From a virus, in UHGV virus genome UHGV-1353844: a stretch of DNA of 64,000 nt. One strand, 5' to 3'. The translations under genes and the position numbers were made by a program. Every line of letters starts with the position of its first letter. Position 1 is the first letter of the stretch. Below, piece after piece: positions 18,701-29,549 of this stretch. The notes under the pieces are model-generated. The model worked only from the letters and a program-made list of their open reading frames with translations, ran no database searches and had not been told where the DNA came from.

Positions 18701-20033
18701 AACGTACGACGTGCCGTTGATGTCGGTTAACGTCACTGAACGTTTCCCGAATCTGAATAAGGAAATTTACGCAGGGATTTTTGTTGACATTGTCGATAAC
18801 AAAGCGAAGTACATTATTCACGACAGCTACAGTCAGGCTGAAACGGATACCATGACGCGCGTGGGTCTAATCGGTATTAACGACCTTTCTGAAGTGTTCG
18901 TTACTGAACTACGTAACGTGACACGGTTAGGCGATTTCCGTGAGCTGAAAGACCACGTCGCCAATGATAACGCACACATTCAGCGTTCTGCTTCACGTGC
19001 AGTGCTGGGGTTAAGCAATTTAACAGTAGGTGCGCCCTGCTGGGCTTCTGGACTTCAAGCGGTTGTGCGTGGCGAAGCAGACTGGCGTTATGTGGTTGGC
19101 GGTGGATATAAAGCACTCGATGGTGTGAAATACGACCAGCTTGCGTCGAAGTGGGTGTTTGATGCAAAAGGGGTAAGTGATAACGTTCACGGGTTTATCC
19201 ACAACCTGTTCCCGGTATTTAACAATGCGGGGATGCGAGTCAGTTGGGAAACCGAAAGCAACGCAAAAACCGGAACGGTGCTAGAAACCATCCTGGCTTG
19301 CTGGAAAAATACCGAAGACGAGTTTATGCGGTTGTCGTTACTTATCACCCGTGGTTATCGTTTAACCGACAGTAACGGTGAGTATTGTTACGCCGGGTTT
19401 GGTTTAAACTTCGGTAACGGGAAATCCGTGGTGTTAGGTTTCACGCCGACCAAACGCGTTACCCCAGCACCGTGGAGTACGTTACATCCTGACGTATCAT
19501 TTACCCACACGCGTGGTGCGAATAACGAATTAACGTTTAACGCAACGCTGACCTTAGCAGGTACTGTTTACACTATTGTGGTGTATTTGTCTGCGGCAGA
19601 TAAATACGTAAGCTGTACGGCGGCAGGTGGTACTACGCAGAAAATCTCGCTGACCGACCGTTTAACTGGGTTCAACCTCGCGCCTATCGTTAACGATCCG
19701 TACACCCCTATTTACTACGGTTTAGGGGGACTTTATGAGGACGAAGTGCGTGCTAATATCCGTTCTACGACAGACAGCATAACCGGGAACAAACTCTACG
19801 GTACGCTGTTGGATTATATCAGCAACTACTCCTCGTTAAATCGTGTACGCGTCATGGAATTGGCCGGGACAAGCTCAGACCCTGAAACGCTTAATGCGCT
19901 AGTGGCAACCGAGTTTAATAACAGCCTGGCGGATTACGCTGCGTTACCGATACCTCCTTATCTTAACAAGGAGCGCGTAATGTCGTTTATCGACACCAAC
20001 AATAAAGTGCAGGCGGTAATCATTCGCGATTAA
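15711..20033 (+). CDS. large fibre-like structural protein (1440 aa) with shared N-terminal anchor module
   Basis: GGAG SD 8 nt upstream; N-terminus carries the P-F-F ... G-D-Y module shared by the next three genes; size and position suggest tail fibre/tailspike. Confidence 0.55.
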   Translation: MAVVLDPHFKEPGNKITGEAVAVIGTKYRMLVPAHAPFFTTSLVVKSGGKILTLGDDYVITHPYETGMLRTAYLVHGMIWIVNDKYKSNFTVDYHAVGCGEATQEQITAERELNKDKYPSACQWDTVIGEVYFPPVDIQFDWENWKGELELMQAIAGLGDSLGNVVNRVDPIARNTLDIEHRANGTVITSEQYATYDNKGGYTYNTAKRRFSVTYKTTTLNEYSLSMKYRIPAIFPNMGSINPNEQIDWMLCYANGGASILRLQLKQRKISLRLTVALGSGSTDYDYTLINGLTDDELKGELTFSVVRQPGNGVYVIEVTTNKQSMDYTFNVDTPPDEFSAGYTKTDVAKWLKYKTNVNLNWWAAENDYAQFLALPGAPEADVSNDVYQLIVKYHQLVEQLYRNAPAHEHVTRKDNPHADTWGPIRALELNGIASDAALAYGKTKEQLTDYVNAKYPTQATLTAQKKLLRESASKNVNGTITTLPGFTSFTTEVDPVSMSKYVSPYFSESYVSSGHRYHGALRYTGTKSGFSANFNAVPANLQDIDFIVTGRKTASGNEAVGRVGFRFYENPGSNSGKYVEITGEVWSGTLTIELALHGYGSPVPAVRYISQAPNPAIPDGDFTLRFQLKRTGNVFDVVITVNSKTYSGRINFNNMDAALEALENQHHFKSLINNVADGVNISSQNKGNTVTIKKAPGVVDERRLGAQFVVDPKSIKFIGQGSTDVNVGNNPVTLQAGDNQLVLYPDDRGLLWRGKKLLDPTTVAPYLPGNTAGGTGLFYGATTATVELTGSGIKASPFVATFILPVAEDVTTLACWQLTDEFGTAENLAATPALIEKLDAEFTGKLVAAKSYINDMQLTSSVTIDKITFGLGNVANTPDVDLPISVAQQTELDKYSPKVHQHPSSVFGVANADTTKRGLIKFGLEVDDATLALDGSVVMAQTSQIEDLENTVGGVDSGARVDIIRFGKSGNDLIDVTVKDKILVTLPASTYFVGGETYDVPLMSVNVTERFPNLNKEIYAGIFVDIVDNKAKYIIHDSYSQAETDTMTRVGLIGINDLSEVFVTELRNVTRLGDFRELKDHVANDNAHIQRSASRAVLGLSNLTVGAPCWASGLQAVVRGEADWRYVVGGGYKALDGVKYDQLASKWVFDAKGVSDNVHGFIHNLFPVFNNAGMRVSWETESNAKTGTVLETILACWKNTEDEFMRLSLLITRGYRLTDSNGEYCYAGFGLNFGNGKSVVLGFTPTKRVTPAPWSTLHPDVSFTHTRGANNELTFNATLTLAGTVYTIVVYLSAADKYVSCTAAGGTTQKISLTDRLTGFNLAPIVNDPYTPIYYGLGGLYEDEVRANIRSTTDSITGNKLYGTLLDYISNYSSLNRVRVMELAGTSSDPETLNALVATEFNNSLADYAALPIPPYLNKERVMSFIDTNNKVQAVIIRD

Positions 20034-20046
20034 GGAGAATTTTTTG

Positions 20047-23000
20047 ATGAAAGCGTATCCTTACGATCCTCGGGGGACGAAAACCGAGAATCACTTCTTA
20101 GAGGAGCGTATCATCGGGTCAGAAAACAACAACGACCGGGTGGTGATTTTAGACCATCGCCCGTTCTTTGAAGACTTAGTCGTCAGACAACCAGGTTCAA
20201 CCACCCCACTGAGCCGTGGGGTGGATTACGAACTGCAATATCAGCTGACGGAACTGGATGACTCGGTAGCAGCCAACGTGTATTGTGGGGTACACCTTAT
20301 CAACCCATCCATCAAAGGCATTGTAACCTTTGAAGGGCAAATGCTCGGCGGTACGTTCTACGACCCGTTCGTTGACATGCTCGACGAGCTGGTGAAATAT
20401 TTGAATAACCCGGTCAGTGCAGACTGGCTGTTGTTAGACGGTAGACCGTCGTTATACCCGGCTACGCCAGCGGCAACGTCCTGGGCGGACTTGCTGAACA
20501 AAAAATATTTAGCGTCAGCGATTCACGATATCGAGCTGAAAACCGATGATGCTAACCAGCTAATTAAAGATAAATTAGCCGAAGTTAAAGCGCTAGTGGC
20601 TGCGTTGGGGAAAGAAATCGAAGCGTTTAACTACCCAGCACATATCGCCGCGACGAACCCGCACGAAACCACGAGCGCACAAATTAATGCCCATCCCGTT
20701 AACCTGAAAACACCTGACACCTTTATGGCGTACGGGTTAAAATTAAAAGCGTTAACGGAAGAACTGAAAGCGTTTCGTTTACCACAGTCAGTTATTGACA
20801 CGTATATCTCCCACTGGATTTCTTCGGAAGTACGGGGCGTGTTTAACTGTACGGTGTCTGGAAACCGCGCACAGTTCCGTTCGAAAAATGGTGAGTCCGA
20901 AATCATTTTTGCGAATGATGGCTTTACGTTAAAATCCAACGGTTCTGTGGTATTGGCGGTAGGGCATCTGGAAGGCACAGGTGCGGGACGTTACATTAAC
21001 TGGCGTGCGGGTAAAAACACCTTACGTATCGAGTCAACCGGTGACGCTTTAGGGATGAACAAACTCACTCTGAACGGTAACCCGTTGTTGACCACCACAG
21101 CGCTGATGGAGTATCAGCAAGACCCTGATGCTGGCGGGAGTGGCGGTAGCGATCCTGATGACTCCAAAGTGTATATCGAAGGCCGTAACGGGATTAGTTT
21201 TACCGGTAAAGGTTCTCGTGCCGATCCTATCGTGGGGACTATCGACCCGACGAAAGCGACCACCGCTGAAAAAGGTGTTGTTAAACTTAAAACCGGTAAA
21301 GGCACAGAAACGGTTGGGGTTGCTGCAACCCCTGCGTCATTAACGCCGTATTCAACCGACTTATCAGGGTACGTGACTAAAACGACCATGATTAACGGTA
21401 AACCGATGAACGACGGTTCCAGGACAATCACAAAAGCTGACCTGGGATTAGGGCAAGCGGATAACACCGCAGACCTCGACAAACCGTTGTCAACCGCACT
21501 GAATGCTTCGGTTAGTGGTTTAGCAGACGTCGGACACCATCACGACTGGTCAGAGTTAGGCATTTATAAAGCCTCGCAGTCGATTTACGGCATCGGTCGT
21601 TACGCAACTAACCAGAACGGCTTAGTTGAAAACCGTGCGGTGGTACCGAACATCTTAAAAGAGCTTTCAGCCCGTTTAGATGTGGTGGCTGCTGCAATTG
21701 CAAACGCGAAAGAAGGCACGGTAACTGATTTTGCTGCTGTGAAAGGTGCAGACTGGCGCTTTAATAGCCAGGGTACGTCAATCTCCGTTCAGGATTTGAA
21801 ATATTTCTATTTGCTGGACGGGACGAAAGGCGACAGCACCGTTACTGGTGCGATTGACCTGCAAACCACCCCGATGTTTAACTGGTTCTCACCGAATAAC
21901 CAGCTTGAACTGACCTGGCCTACGGGTAAGGTGAGTAACGGTACGGGAATCAACTGGACGGGTATTGAAGAACCGCCGTTGATGGGGTTCCAGTCTGTCC
22001 CGGTAGGTAAAACTGCTACACAGATGGGTGACCAGTCAGTCGTTACGGTTCTGGCAAAAACGCGTGTAAGGGCGTACCAATCGAAGCTCTGGGTTTATGC
22101 CGCAGGGGGCGGACCGGTAACCGTTTATATCAACGGTAACCTAGCAGCTTCAGGCGAATCTCCACTCGTTGCAGTGTATGAAACGTCAGCAGACGTTGAA
22201 AACTACACGATTGCGGTTAAAGCTGAATGTAGTGACACGGCTAAGTCCGCAGCGGTACAGTTTGAAGTTTACGATGGGGATTACCCTGTTTACTTCAGTG
22301 GCCCTGAAACGCGCGTAGAGCTTCTCCAGGAGTTTGTTACCACGCACGTAGGGATTCGTCACTATCTGTACGTTAACATGCTCACAGGCTCTCTGTATTC
22401 GCGTGCTGAACCGATTCAGAGCATCGCAGTTGATCCTGAACGTGGTTATATCGGTTACGTTGATATTGTTGCTGGTGAGAATTACGCGAATAAAACGGTA
22501 GGGTTCGAAACCACGTTTGATTTCGGGAAAAGTGCCGAGGTTAGTGAACACATCGACACGCGTAAAGCACACGGACTCAGTTCTGTGGACTGGGCGTTAA
22601 CGGATAACCCACGTTTGCCGTTATTAAACCGTGCTATTGCCGAACCAAGAGCGTGTATCTTTAGGAAAGCGTTAACAGCCGGAACAGGTGATGTTTTCCA
22701 TCTTGTCAGTCGCGGTCTTTATACTTACGCACACAACCAAAACGTGAAGTCCAGTCTTCAGTACGTTGTGATGCCTGAAGGTGCTACACCGTATTGCTGG
22801 TTTACACCGTTTAACCCGAAAGAAAACAACGCACCGACGTTCGAAGGTTCGTTTGCATTCGATGTTGACGACGTCGGTGGAACACAAGCACTTACTGCCG
22901 CACCAGATTTGGTGCTATGTACGTCAACGCAAGGGGCGAGTGTTAAACGTCGTTATGTACGTATTGACCTGACGGACAAAGCGTGTAAGTTGGGGATTGG

Positions 23001-24228
23001 TTCCCGTTCAGTTTCAGACGTTACTGACATTCCGTTGGTAATGGAAGAGTCTGGGGAAACAGCGGTGAATGCAACGTTTAAGGACGTGTTGTTCAACGGT
23101 GAAGAAACCAACCCCGCGATTCTCGATTTGATTGGCTGGGGTGCCACCCGAGATAAAATCTCTGCAAACCATGCACCTCGTGGGATGATTCGTTACCGTT
23201 ATAACGTAAGTACGCGTGTGTTACGTTTAGCGTTGTCGTTCTCGCAGTTTGGGACGACGACAGTTAAACAACGTCAATTGGAGATTCAATTCCCGTTTGA
23301 CTTGGTGGATTATTTCACCGGTGACGGAATAGGGTTGTCGTTTAAAGAACTGAGCGCGAAATGCCGAGTAACAATTAGCCACGCACTGATTGATCCGGTT
23401 ACGAACAACATCGACATTGATAAGTATCATTACTTACGTTCGTTGTTTGAGTCGTATTTGGATTCATCCGTTGGGTATTTGGCTGATAACAAAGACGCTG
23501 ATTATAGTCAGTCTGTGATTGACCCTGCGACTTATGAGATTAGTCAAAAATACCGTGCCACGGAGAGCATTGCCTTGCCAACTGGTCAGGGAAACGTTGC
23601 GGTTTCTCACGATGGGCAGTTACCTGCGCAGTTCTTTGATCGTAAGCTGTCTCGCGGTGCGCTGATGGCGAAGAAAAACGAACTGCATACTTCCTGGAAC
23701 AACGAGTGGAGTACGACTAAGGCTGCTGCAAGTCGTTATCGTCACAAACTCATTCTCCGTTTTGCACAAGGTGCCGATAAACAACAGTACCGAATTGCAA
23801 AAGTGTCAGGAACGATAAAAAGTAACTGGCCAGGTAAGGTGATTATCGGCGACGCAGGGAAAGACCCATTCTTAGCGTCTACTGATAGCGCAGAGTTTGC
23901 TCTGTCAACCAGTGCTGACGTAGGTAAAGCGATTAGTATCACGGCCACCGACTTACGTGTAGGTCAGGACATCTATATTGTCTTAGACCCGCCGGGTGAT
24001 AATCCCGAAGGTTACGAGCTTAACTTTACCTGTTCGTTAGACGTGACTGATGAGCAAAGCACTCGTCAGGATCAGCTTAATGCGCAGAGCTTCGAACTGC
24101 GTAGCGGTGAAAAGCAGTTCTTAATGGAGAAACGCAATCCGTACCATATCACGAGTAAAGCGTGGAAATGGATACTTTCTGTACTGAAACGTGAACTTAA
24201 CGGGAAGCAGTTAGGGGATCGTACTTAG
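20047..24228 (+). CDS. tail fibre protein (1393 aa) with shared N-terminal anchor module
   Basis: ATG at 20047 with AAGGAG SD (track starts at TTG 20044); N-terminal HRPFFEDLVV...GVDYEL module; canonical tail-fibre motifs ATTAEKGVVKLKT and ITKADLGLGQADNTADLDKPLSTAL. Confidence 0.65.
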   Translation: MKAYPYDPRGTKTENHFLEERIIGSENNNDRVVILDHRPFFEDLVVRQPGSTTPLSRGVDYELQYQLTELDDSVAANVYCGVHLINPSIKGIVTFEGQMLGGTFYDPFVDMLDELVKYLNNPVSADWLLLDGRPSLYPATPAATSWADLLNKKYLASAIHDIELKTDDANQLIKDKLAEVKALVAALGKEIEAFNYPAHIAATNPHETTSAQINAHPVNLKTPDTFMAYGLKLKALTEELKAFRLPQSVIDTYISHWISSEVRGVFNCTVSGNRAQFRSKNGESEIIFANDGFTLKSNGSVVLAVGHLEGTGAGRYINWRAGKNTLRIESTGDALGMNKLTLNGNPLLTTTALMEYQQDPDAGGSGGSDPDDSKVYIEGRNGISFTGKGSRADPIVGTIDPTKATTAEKGVVKLKTGKGTETVGVAATPASLTPYSTDLSGYVTKTTMINGKPMNDGSRTITKADLGLGQADNTADLDKPLSTALNASVSGLADVGHHHDWSELGIYKASQSIYGIGRYATNQNGLVENRAVVPNILKELSARLDVVAAAIANAKEGTVTDFAAVKGADWRFNSQGTSISVQDLKYFYLLDGTKGDSTVTGAIDLQTTPMFNWFSPNNQLELTWPTGKVSNGTGINWTGIEEPPLMGFQSVPVGKTATQMGDQSVVTVLAKTRVRAYQSKLWVYAAGGGPVTVYINGNLAASGESPLVAVYETSADVENYTIAVKAECSDTAKSAAVQFEVYDGDYPVYFSGPETRVELLQEFVTTHVGIRHYLYVNMLTGSLYSRAEPIQSIAVDPERGYIGYVDIVAGENYANKTVGFETTFDFGKSAEVSEHIDTRKAHGLSSVDWALTDNPRLPLLNRAIAEPRACIFRKALTAGTGDVFHLVSRGLYTYAHNQNVKSSLQYVVMPEGATPYCWFTPFNPKENNAPTFEGSFAFDVDDVGGTQALTAAPDLVLCTSTQGASVKRRYVRIDLTDKACKLGIGSRSVSDVTDIPLVMEESGETAVNATFKDVLFNGEETNPAILDLIGWGATRDKISANHAPRGMIRYRYNVSTRVLRLALSFSQFGTTTVKQRQLEIQFPFDLVDYFTGDGIGLSFKELSAKCRVTISHALIDPVTNNIDIDKYHYLRSLFESYLDSSVGYLADNKDADYSQSVIDPATYEISQKYRATESIALPTGQGNVAVSHDGQLPAQFFDRKLSRGALMAKKNELHTSWNNEWSTTKAAASRYRHKLILRFAQGADKQQYRIAKVSGTIKSNWPGKVIIGDAGKDPFLASTDSAEFALSTSADVGKAISITATDLRVGQDIYIVLDPPGDNPEGYELNFTCSLDVTDEQSTRQDQLNAQSFELRSGEKQFLMEKRNPYHITSKAWKWILSVLKRELNGKQLGDRT

Positions 24229-24265
24229 GACAGGCTGCCTGCGGGCAGTTGTGTGTCCGTAGGTA

Positions 24266-24300
24266 ACCCCTCCCTGTAATGGGGAGGGGTATCCATTTTA
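24266..24300 (+). terminator. terminator-like hairpin between fibre genes
   Basis: ACCCCTCCC-TGTAAT-GGGGAGGGGT followed by ATCCATTTTATTT. Confidence 0.45.
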
Positions 24301-24322
24301 TTTAAAAGTAGGAGTCTTTACG

Positions 24323-27300
24323 ATGCCGAGAGAAGACGCGGCGCAGTTTAACGGTACGCTAAGCACAGCGACGTACCCTAACCGATTTAACGTGGTCATT
24401 CCGCCTGAAGGACCTTTTTATCGTATCGGATTAAAACTCACAGTAGCCGACGATACCGCGCCTAACGGACGTCGTACTCTGATTGAGGGGTTGGACTACT
24501 ATTTAGGCTATTACTTTAAAGAACTCGCAGAAGCTGAACAAGATCAGATTTACGGCGGGTTTATGTTGCTTACTGCAACAGAAATCGAATATGAGATTTT
24601 AGGGGTAGCACGTCAATACCGTGTACCGCAATCTGAAATCGGGAAGTTCTTAGTTCGTACTGACCTGAAAGACCCACGTAACGTGGACTGGTCTGAACTA
24701 ATGGCGTATGCGCCGGTTATTCAGCCTATCGACCCGCCTGCTAACTTAGAAGAAGCGATTCTGAGGGATGAGGTTGTTAAGGCGTTAGAAGACATTCGCA
24801 AGAAAATCATCAAACGTTCTACGGAATTAGATGCTGCGTTCAGTGAAGTCACTAACTTGATTTACGAGAACGGTAAAAAGGTTTTCGACGAAGAGTTATA
24901 CCAGCATCACCGTAACCCTAACGCGCATCATTATACCACTGATGACATTGCTGCTCTCCCGGTATTAGGTCGTGCTGTTGACGCTACAAAAGCGTTTGGG
25001 TTGACGATTGACGAGTTGGCTACGCTGATGGGTTCAGCGGGTATTGAGCAATCGGACGTTGACCAGTTAATGGGTGAAGCCCTCGGCACCGTTTACGGTC
25101 GATGGGGTACCACGAACGGTAATGAATTAACGTTTAAAACGTCAGGTGGCCACATCATCAGTATTCGTGGTGATAAGTGGTTAATTACCTCGCCACAACC
25201 GTTGGTGATTAAAGCAGACCAGGACAACAACGAATCGGGTTTAGCGGTTGAATTCAGTGCGGGTCTGAATACGCTTTGGGTTCACTCGGGGTCGGAACAG
25301 GACGTATTAGCGCCAGTTTATAACTCCGTGTACCTGGTTACACCAGAAATGGTGAACATGTATCTGACGTCAGTAACGTTGCTTGAAGCAAACGCGTATT
25401 TCAAAGCGTCAGACACTGTAAAACCGTACGGTACCGCAAAACAGACTAACCCGGTTACGTTAAACGCGAATATTCCCACGGCGTCCGAATCAGTTTATGG
25501 GTTGTTCTCGATTACGAATATCTCTACGTCTGCGGCGTTAGGTACTGCTATCTCCCAGAAAGCTGTAACAGAATTAAAAGACCGCTTGGACTTGTACGTT
25601 GACGATGACTATACCGTTAACGGTAAAGGGTTTGTTAAAACAGGCGACAATATGGTGTTAACCTTAACGAAAACCGATTTCGGTATCGATAAGATGGATA
25701 ACACCATACCGAGTGATAAGCCTGTGACAAAAGCGTTAACGAACGTGTTGAAAAACAAGAGTTTGAAAACGCACACCCACACCACTGCTGACTTGGATAA
25801 CGTCCCGATTGGTAGTGCAACGGTTGACGGTATCTTACAGCTCTGGGATGCAATTGACACCACTAACGATAAAGCTGTCACGTCGCGTCAAGGCTGGTTG
25901 TTCGCAAAAGAGATTAAGAAGGTCTCTGATAAACTGAATACCATCTTACCGGCGTGGACGGTAGGTGGAGCGAAATTCGGTAACAAGAACTTCTTACCTA
26001 TCCCAGCGTTAGGTAACTACGCAGGCTATACCAAAAACCAGTCCTACCAGAAAGGGGTTGTTGGGTATCAGCAGGGTAAGGTTTATTCGCTCCGTAACGG
26101 TTCTAACGGCGTGCCGGGTACGGAAGCTATTTATTACGGCTATGCTGACATTGACACGTCAAACGCGTTTGTAAATCCGCAGCAGACCTCAGTGAAATAT
26201 CACCCTGCCGGGATGAGTAAATATCCTGGGGTGACCCTAATAGCGATATTGATCGGTGGCCAGGAAGCGATTATTTGCCTGGGTTCTGACAATAACCGTT
26301 ATTTGGTGCTGTTTAATGGCTCGATGGACCACACTAAGCACACGGTGGTATGTCGCGTTACGATGCCCGTGTACCGTAACGGCAACCCCAGTGGTACTGT
26401 GGAACAAACCTGGAACCCGTGGCCGGAAGCTGACGATGTCGTGTTGGTTGAGGACTACGTTTATCTTCTCCGTTCAACGGTAAATAACTCCGCTTACGCC
26501 GTAGCAGCTTGGCGTCTACGTAAGGCCGATTTGTCTACTAACACTACGTTAGAATTTGAACGTGTAACTCTAACCGGCGAGATGGGACAATTCGGAGATA
26601 ACCTCTGCTTGCGTATTGGTCAGAAAACCGAAGAGTCGCAAACGGGTCAATTCTTTACATATCTCACACCGGAGGGTCGTGCTAAATGGACGATCGGGCG
26701 TAACTTTGTTCACGGTCCAGAATGTAACCACGCGTGTGCTGTGCGCGATAGCGTGATTCGTGTGAACCATATGCCTACCGTGTGGTTTGCAGCGGCCGAC
26801 GGTACGACGATTAATTTCCTTCAATGGGCAACAAGTTTTACAATCGATACGTTGACGGGCAAGGTTACGTTAGAAGGCCGCGAACGCTTCCCCATCAAGG
26901 CTGATGCTACTACTACACTCTCGTTCGCAGATGGTTCAACTGTAGGAACCAATCGTAAGTGGGGTGGTGGCCAGGCAAACAACCGTTGTTTCGCGACGTA
27001 TGCTAAACCCAACGGTACAGGAATGATGCTTTCCTGTTGGCAAATTGCCGATGCGGACCAAATGCCTAATGTTTCTATTAAGAGTACACAAGGCAGAGAG
27101 CTTTTCGATTATCTGCGTTACGATAACCCAAACAACACCTCGGGCGAAGGAACGTTTACCTGGGATAAAGGCCGTGGCTCCATTTACACCATCGGTTTGT
27201 CTTATCCAGTAGGGATTGGTGGTTCGAATAAGGTCTGGTTATCGAACCCTCGTAACCGTTACACGATCGAAGTGGAAGTTGATCCGAACAAACCTTACGA

Positions 27301-29509
27301 TGTTTCTGGGTATAGTGGGTACGGTCCGAACAACAACCGTCGTGAAGTCGATCCAACGCTTTACGAGCAGCTTAGCTGTATGGCTGCGTGCATGATCCCT
27401 GAGGAGCGTCATGGACAGTTGAACGGCTGGTATTTGACCAAAGCAGAAACGTTCCCGTATCGTAACATCTACGGTAACTTCGCATTGTCTTCCGAACGCT
27501 TAACGCTAGAAGAAGCCGATCGGCAGAAAATGATTCGGATGATCGTTGACGGTGCGCCATCTGGTCAAGCAAATGGTTACGCGAACGAACGTATTAGTGC
27601 TGCACATCAAACCGGTAATGCATTGTTTGCTCTTTGGATGTTGGGTATCAACACCGTGTGCGAATTTGACTTGTTGCAAGTTTCGTGCATGAAAACCTCA
27701 AGTAACGGACGTCGAATTCTTGACATCTATTACTTCATGGTGAGCCCATCTAAAGAGAACGGCTACTTACGTTTCAACTCAGCCACCTTTAAGTTGGTGG
27801 ACTGGTTCTTAGACCTCGATTATGGTTTAAGTTATCAGTCACTAAATGGGGGAGCGGGAGGTAAAACGAGGCGCGTGGGGCAGCCTATTTTTGCATCTGC
27901 GGATGGAACTAACTTCGGTATCTGGTTACCTTATACGTTAACTACCCGAAATATCGGGGACTTAAACGCCCTGGGCTACGCTGCTAAATATACCTTCGAC
28001 CCTGGTTCAGGTTGGACACGCGTTGCAGGTAAATCACAGTTACGGCAGATGGCCCCTGAACATAGACCAGAATCTGGGTGCTATATGGGTGCCGGTGATT
28101 GGGACAAGATGGCGTTGATTTACTCTAAAGCTGACCGTGTTTTCTGTTCAGGTAACGCGTATACAGCCGCAGAGTTCGTTAACGACACGACGTTCTCAAC
28201 CGGAGGTCAGGCGGTTATTATTGCCGGTGTGGAAACAGCGGAAGGTTGGATTCTGTATTTGACAGAAGAAGTCAAATTAGATTTCGGTAGCAGCAGTTAC
28301 ACACTCCCAACGTGGTCTGTGGATTTAAGCAGTGAGTTCCCATCCAATCACGCTAACCAGACGTTCTACGTGCACGCTGAGGTGTCGGGTTCTACCGCGC
28401 AATACCGCATCGGTTTGGAGCAGTTAGCCGATACCTCAACAAGACTGTTCGTTGGGACAGTAACCACCGATTCCAGCCGTATTACTGGTATCAGTATCGA
28501 CAAAGTAAAACGTTTGGGTCGTGTGAAAGAACTGGAAGACCACGCAGCAATTATCGACCAACACGATGTAGCAGCAGCGTTTGACAGAAAGACGGGTCCT
28601 CTATTAACACTGGTTAACAAGCCCGTTAAAGCACCTACGGCGTCTGCGTCGAAAGGTGAAGGGTATGTTGACGGTCAGAAATGGGGTTCACTGTCCGGCA
28701 TTACGACGCGTCCTAAGTTACCAATTCAGGAAACGTATTCGGGTTATAAGAGCGTGGCCAGGGTAGCGTATGAGAACTGCGCTGACCAATTCTGGCAGAA
28801 AGCGGTAGCTGCTAACATTGCGACAGCCACTGCTTCTGAGAACATGCAGGCAGCGTCTGCGAACATGAAATGGATTGGTGCGTATACGAAACCGACTACC
28901 GGAACGAATGCTTACTTAGCATTGAGTTTGCGTGTTCAGGTGCCAGGTAATCCAGGAACGGCGAATCGTGCTCTGAAACTACGACTTGCTGCACCAACCG
29001 GTATTGTTGAAGCTCGGTATGCATTAAACCAGGCCGGTGGTACGATGACTGAACAAACGGTAACGTTAACCGCCAACCAGTACCTGGAAAAAGAGCACAG
29101 TGGGTTTAAACCTGCCGAGGAGGTTCGTGTTCATGTCACGTTCGTTATTCCGAAGAACGAGTATGAAAGTTATCGTACGAAGTTTGGGGCGGTACAGTTG
29201 ATTGACGTTGAATCGAACACCATCGTCAAGCAGGCTGATATCGACACACCGTTCTTTGTCTTTACGGACACTGAACTGGCTGCGCAATCTGGTTTGGTGT
29301 ATAAAGCGGTCAAGGGTCAGTTTGACAATCTCCCGAGTGAACCTACGCTCATTGTCCGAGATGGTCAGACCGGAACTAACCCACCGGTGAAATCGTCTTA
29401 CGCTAACGGTACGCTAACCGTTTACGTAGCGACCGCGTACGATGCCGTGAATCCGGCGGAAACTCGCGATATCGACAAACTCCAGTTCAATCTTATGTTT
29501 ACATCTTAA
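24323..29509 (+). CDS. tail fibre protein (1728 aa) with shared N-terminal anchor module
   Basis: AGGAG SD; N-terminal EGPFYRIGL...GLDYYL module; fibre motifs VYGLFSITNISTSAALGTAIS and DKMDNTIPSDKPVTKAL. Confidence 0.65.
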   Translation: MPREDAAQFNGTLSTATYPNRFNVVIPPEGPFYRIGLKLTVADDTAPNGRRTLIEGLDYYLGYYFKELAEAEQDQIYGGFMLLTATEIEYEILGVARQYRVPQSEIGKFLVRTDLKDPRNVDWSELMAYAPVIQPIDPPANLEEAILRDEVVKALEDIRKKIIKRSTELDAAFSEVTNLIYENGKKVFDEELYQHHRNPNAHHYTTDDIAALPVLGRAVDATKAFGLTIDELATLMGSAGIEQSDVDQLMGEALGTVYGRWGTTNGNELTFKTSGGHIISIRGDKWLITSPQPLVIKADQDNNESGLAVEFSAGLNTLWVHSGSEQDVLAPVYNSVYLVTPEMVNMYLTSVTLLEANAYFKASDTVKPYGTAKQTNPVTLNANIPTASESVYGLFSITNISTSAALGTAISQKAVTELKDRLDLYVDDDYTVNGKGFVKTGDNMVLTLTKTDFGIDKMDNTIPSDKPVTKALTNVLKNKSLKTHTHTTADLDNVPIGSATVDGILQLWDAIDTTNDKAVTSRQGWLFAKEIKKVSDKLNTILPAWTVGGAKFGNKNFLPIPALGNYAGYTKNQSYQKGVVGYQQGKVYSLRNGSNGVPGTEAIYYGYADIDTSNAFVNPQQTSVKYHPAGMSKYPGVTLIAILIGGQEAIICLGSDNNRYLVLFNGSMDHTKHTVVCRVTMPVYRNGNPSGTVEQTWNPWPEADDVVLVEDYVYLLRSTVNNSAYAVAAWRLRKADLSTNTTLEFERVTLTGEMGQFGDNLCLRIGQKTEESQTGQFFTYLTPEGRAKWTIGRNFVHGPECNHACAVRDSVIRVNHMPTVWFAAADGTTINFLQWATSFTIDTLTGKVTLEGRERFPIKADATTTLSFADGSTVGTNRKWGGGQANNRCFATYAKPNGTGMMLSCWQIADADQMPNVSIKSTQGRELFDYLRYDNPNNTSGEGTFTWDKGRGSIYTIGLSYPVGIGGSNKVWLSNPRNRYTIEVEVDPNKPYDVSGYSGYGPNNNRREVDPTLYEQLSCMAACMIPEERHGQLNGWYLTKAETFPYRNIYGNFALSSERLTLEEADRQKMIRMIVDGAPSGQANGYANERISAAHQTGNALFALWMLGINTVCEFDLLQVSCMKTSSNGRRILDIYYFMVSPSKENGYLRFNSATFKLVDWFLDLDYGLSYQSLNGGAGGKTRRVGQPIFASADGTNFGIWLPYTLTTRNIGDLNALGYAAKYTFDPGSGWTRVAGKSQLRQMAPEHRPESGCYMGAGDWDKMALIYSKADRVFCSGNAYTAAEFVNDTTFSTGGQAVIIAGVETAEGWILYLTEEVKLDFGSSSYTLPTWSVDLSSEFPSNHANQTFYVHAEVSGSTAQYRIGLEQLADTSTRLFVGTVTTDSSRITGISIDKVKRLGRVKELEDHAAIIDQHDVAAAFDRKTGPLLTLVNKPVKAPTASASKGEGYVDGQKWGSLSGITTRPKLPIQETYSGYKSVARVAYENCADQFWQKAVAANIATATASENMQAASANMKWIGAYTKPTTGTNAYLALSLRVQVPGNPGTANRALKLRLAAPTGIVEARYALNQAGGTMTEQTVTLTANQYLEKEHSGFKPAEEVRVHVTFVIPKNEYESYRTKFGAVQLIDVESNTIVKQADIDTPFFVFTDTELAAQSGLVYKAVKGQFDNLPSEPTLIVRDGQTGTNPPVKSSYANGTLTVYVATAYDAVNPAETRDIDKLQFNLMFTS

Positions 29510-29549
29510 TGACTCGAGACAAGGACGTCTCGAATAAAGGAGAGTGGCC

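Noticed and set aside
16124-29390. Numerous 60-125-aa ORFs on either strand within the giant fibre genes
   Set aside because: All nested within long, SD-supported plus-strand genes with conserved fibre motifs; typical spurious ORFs.
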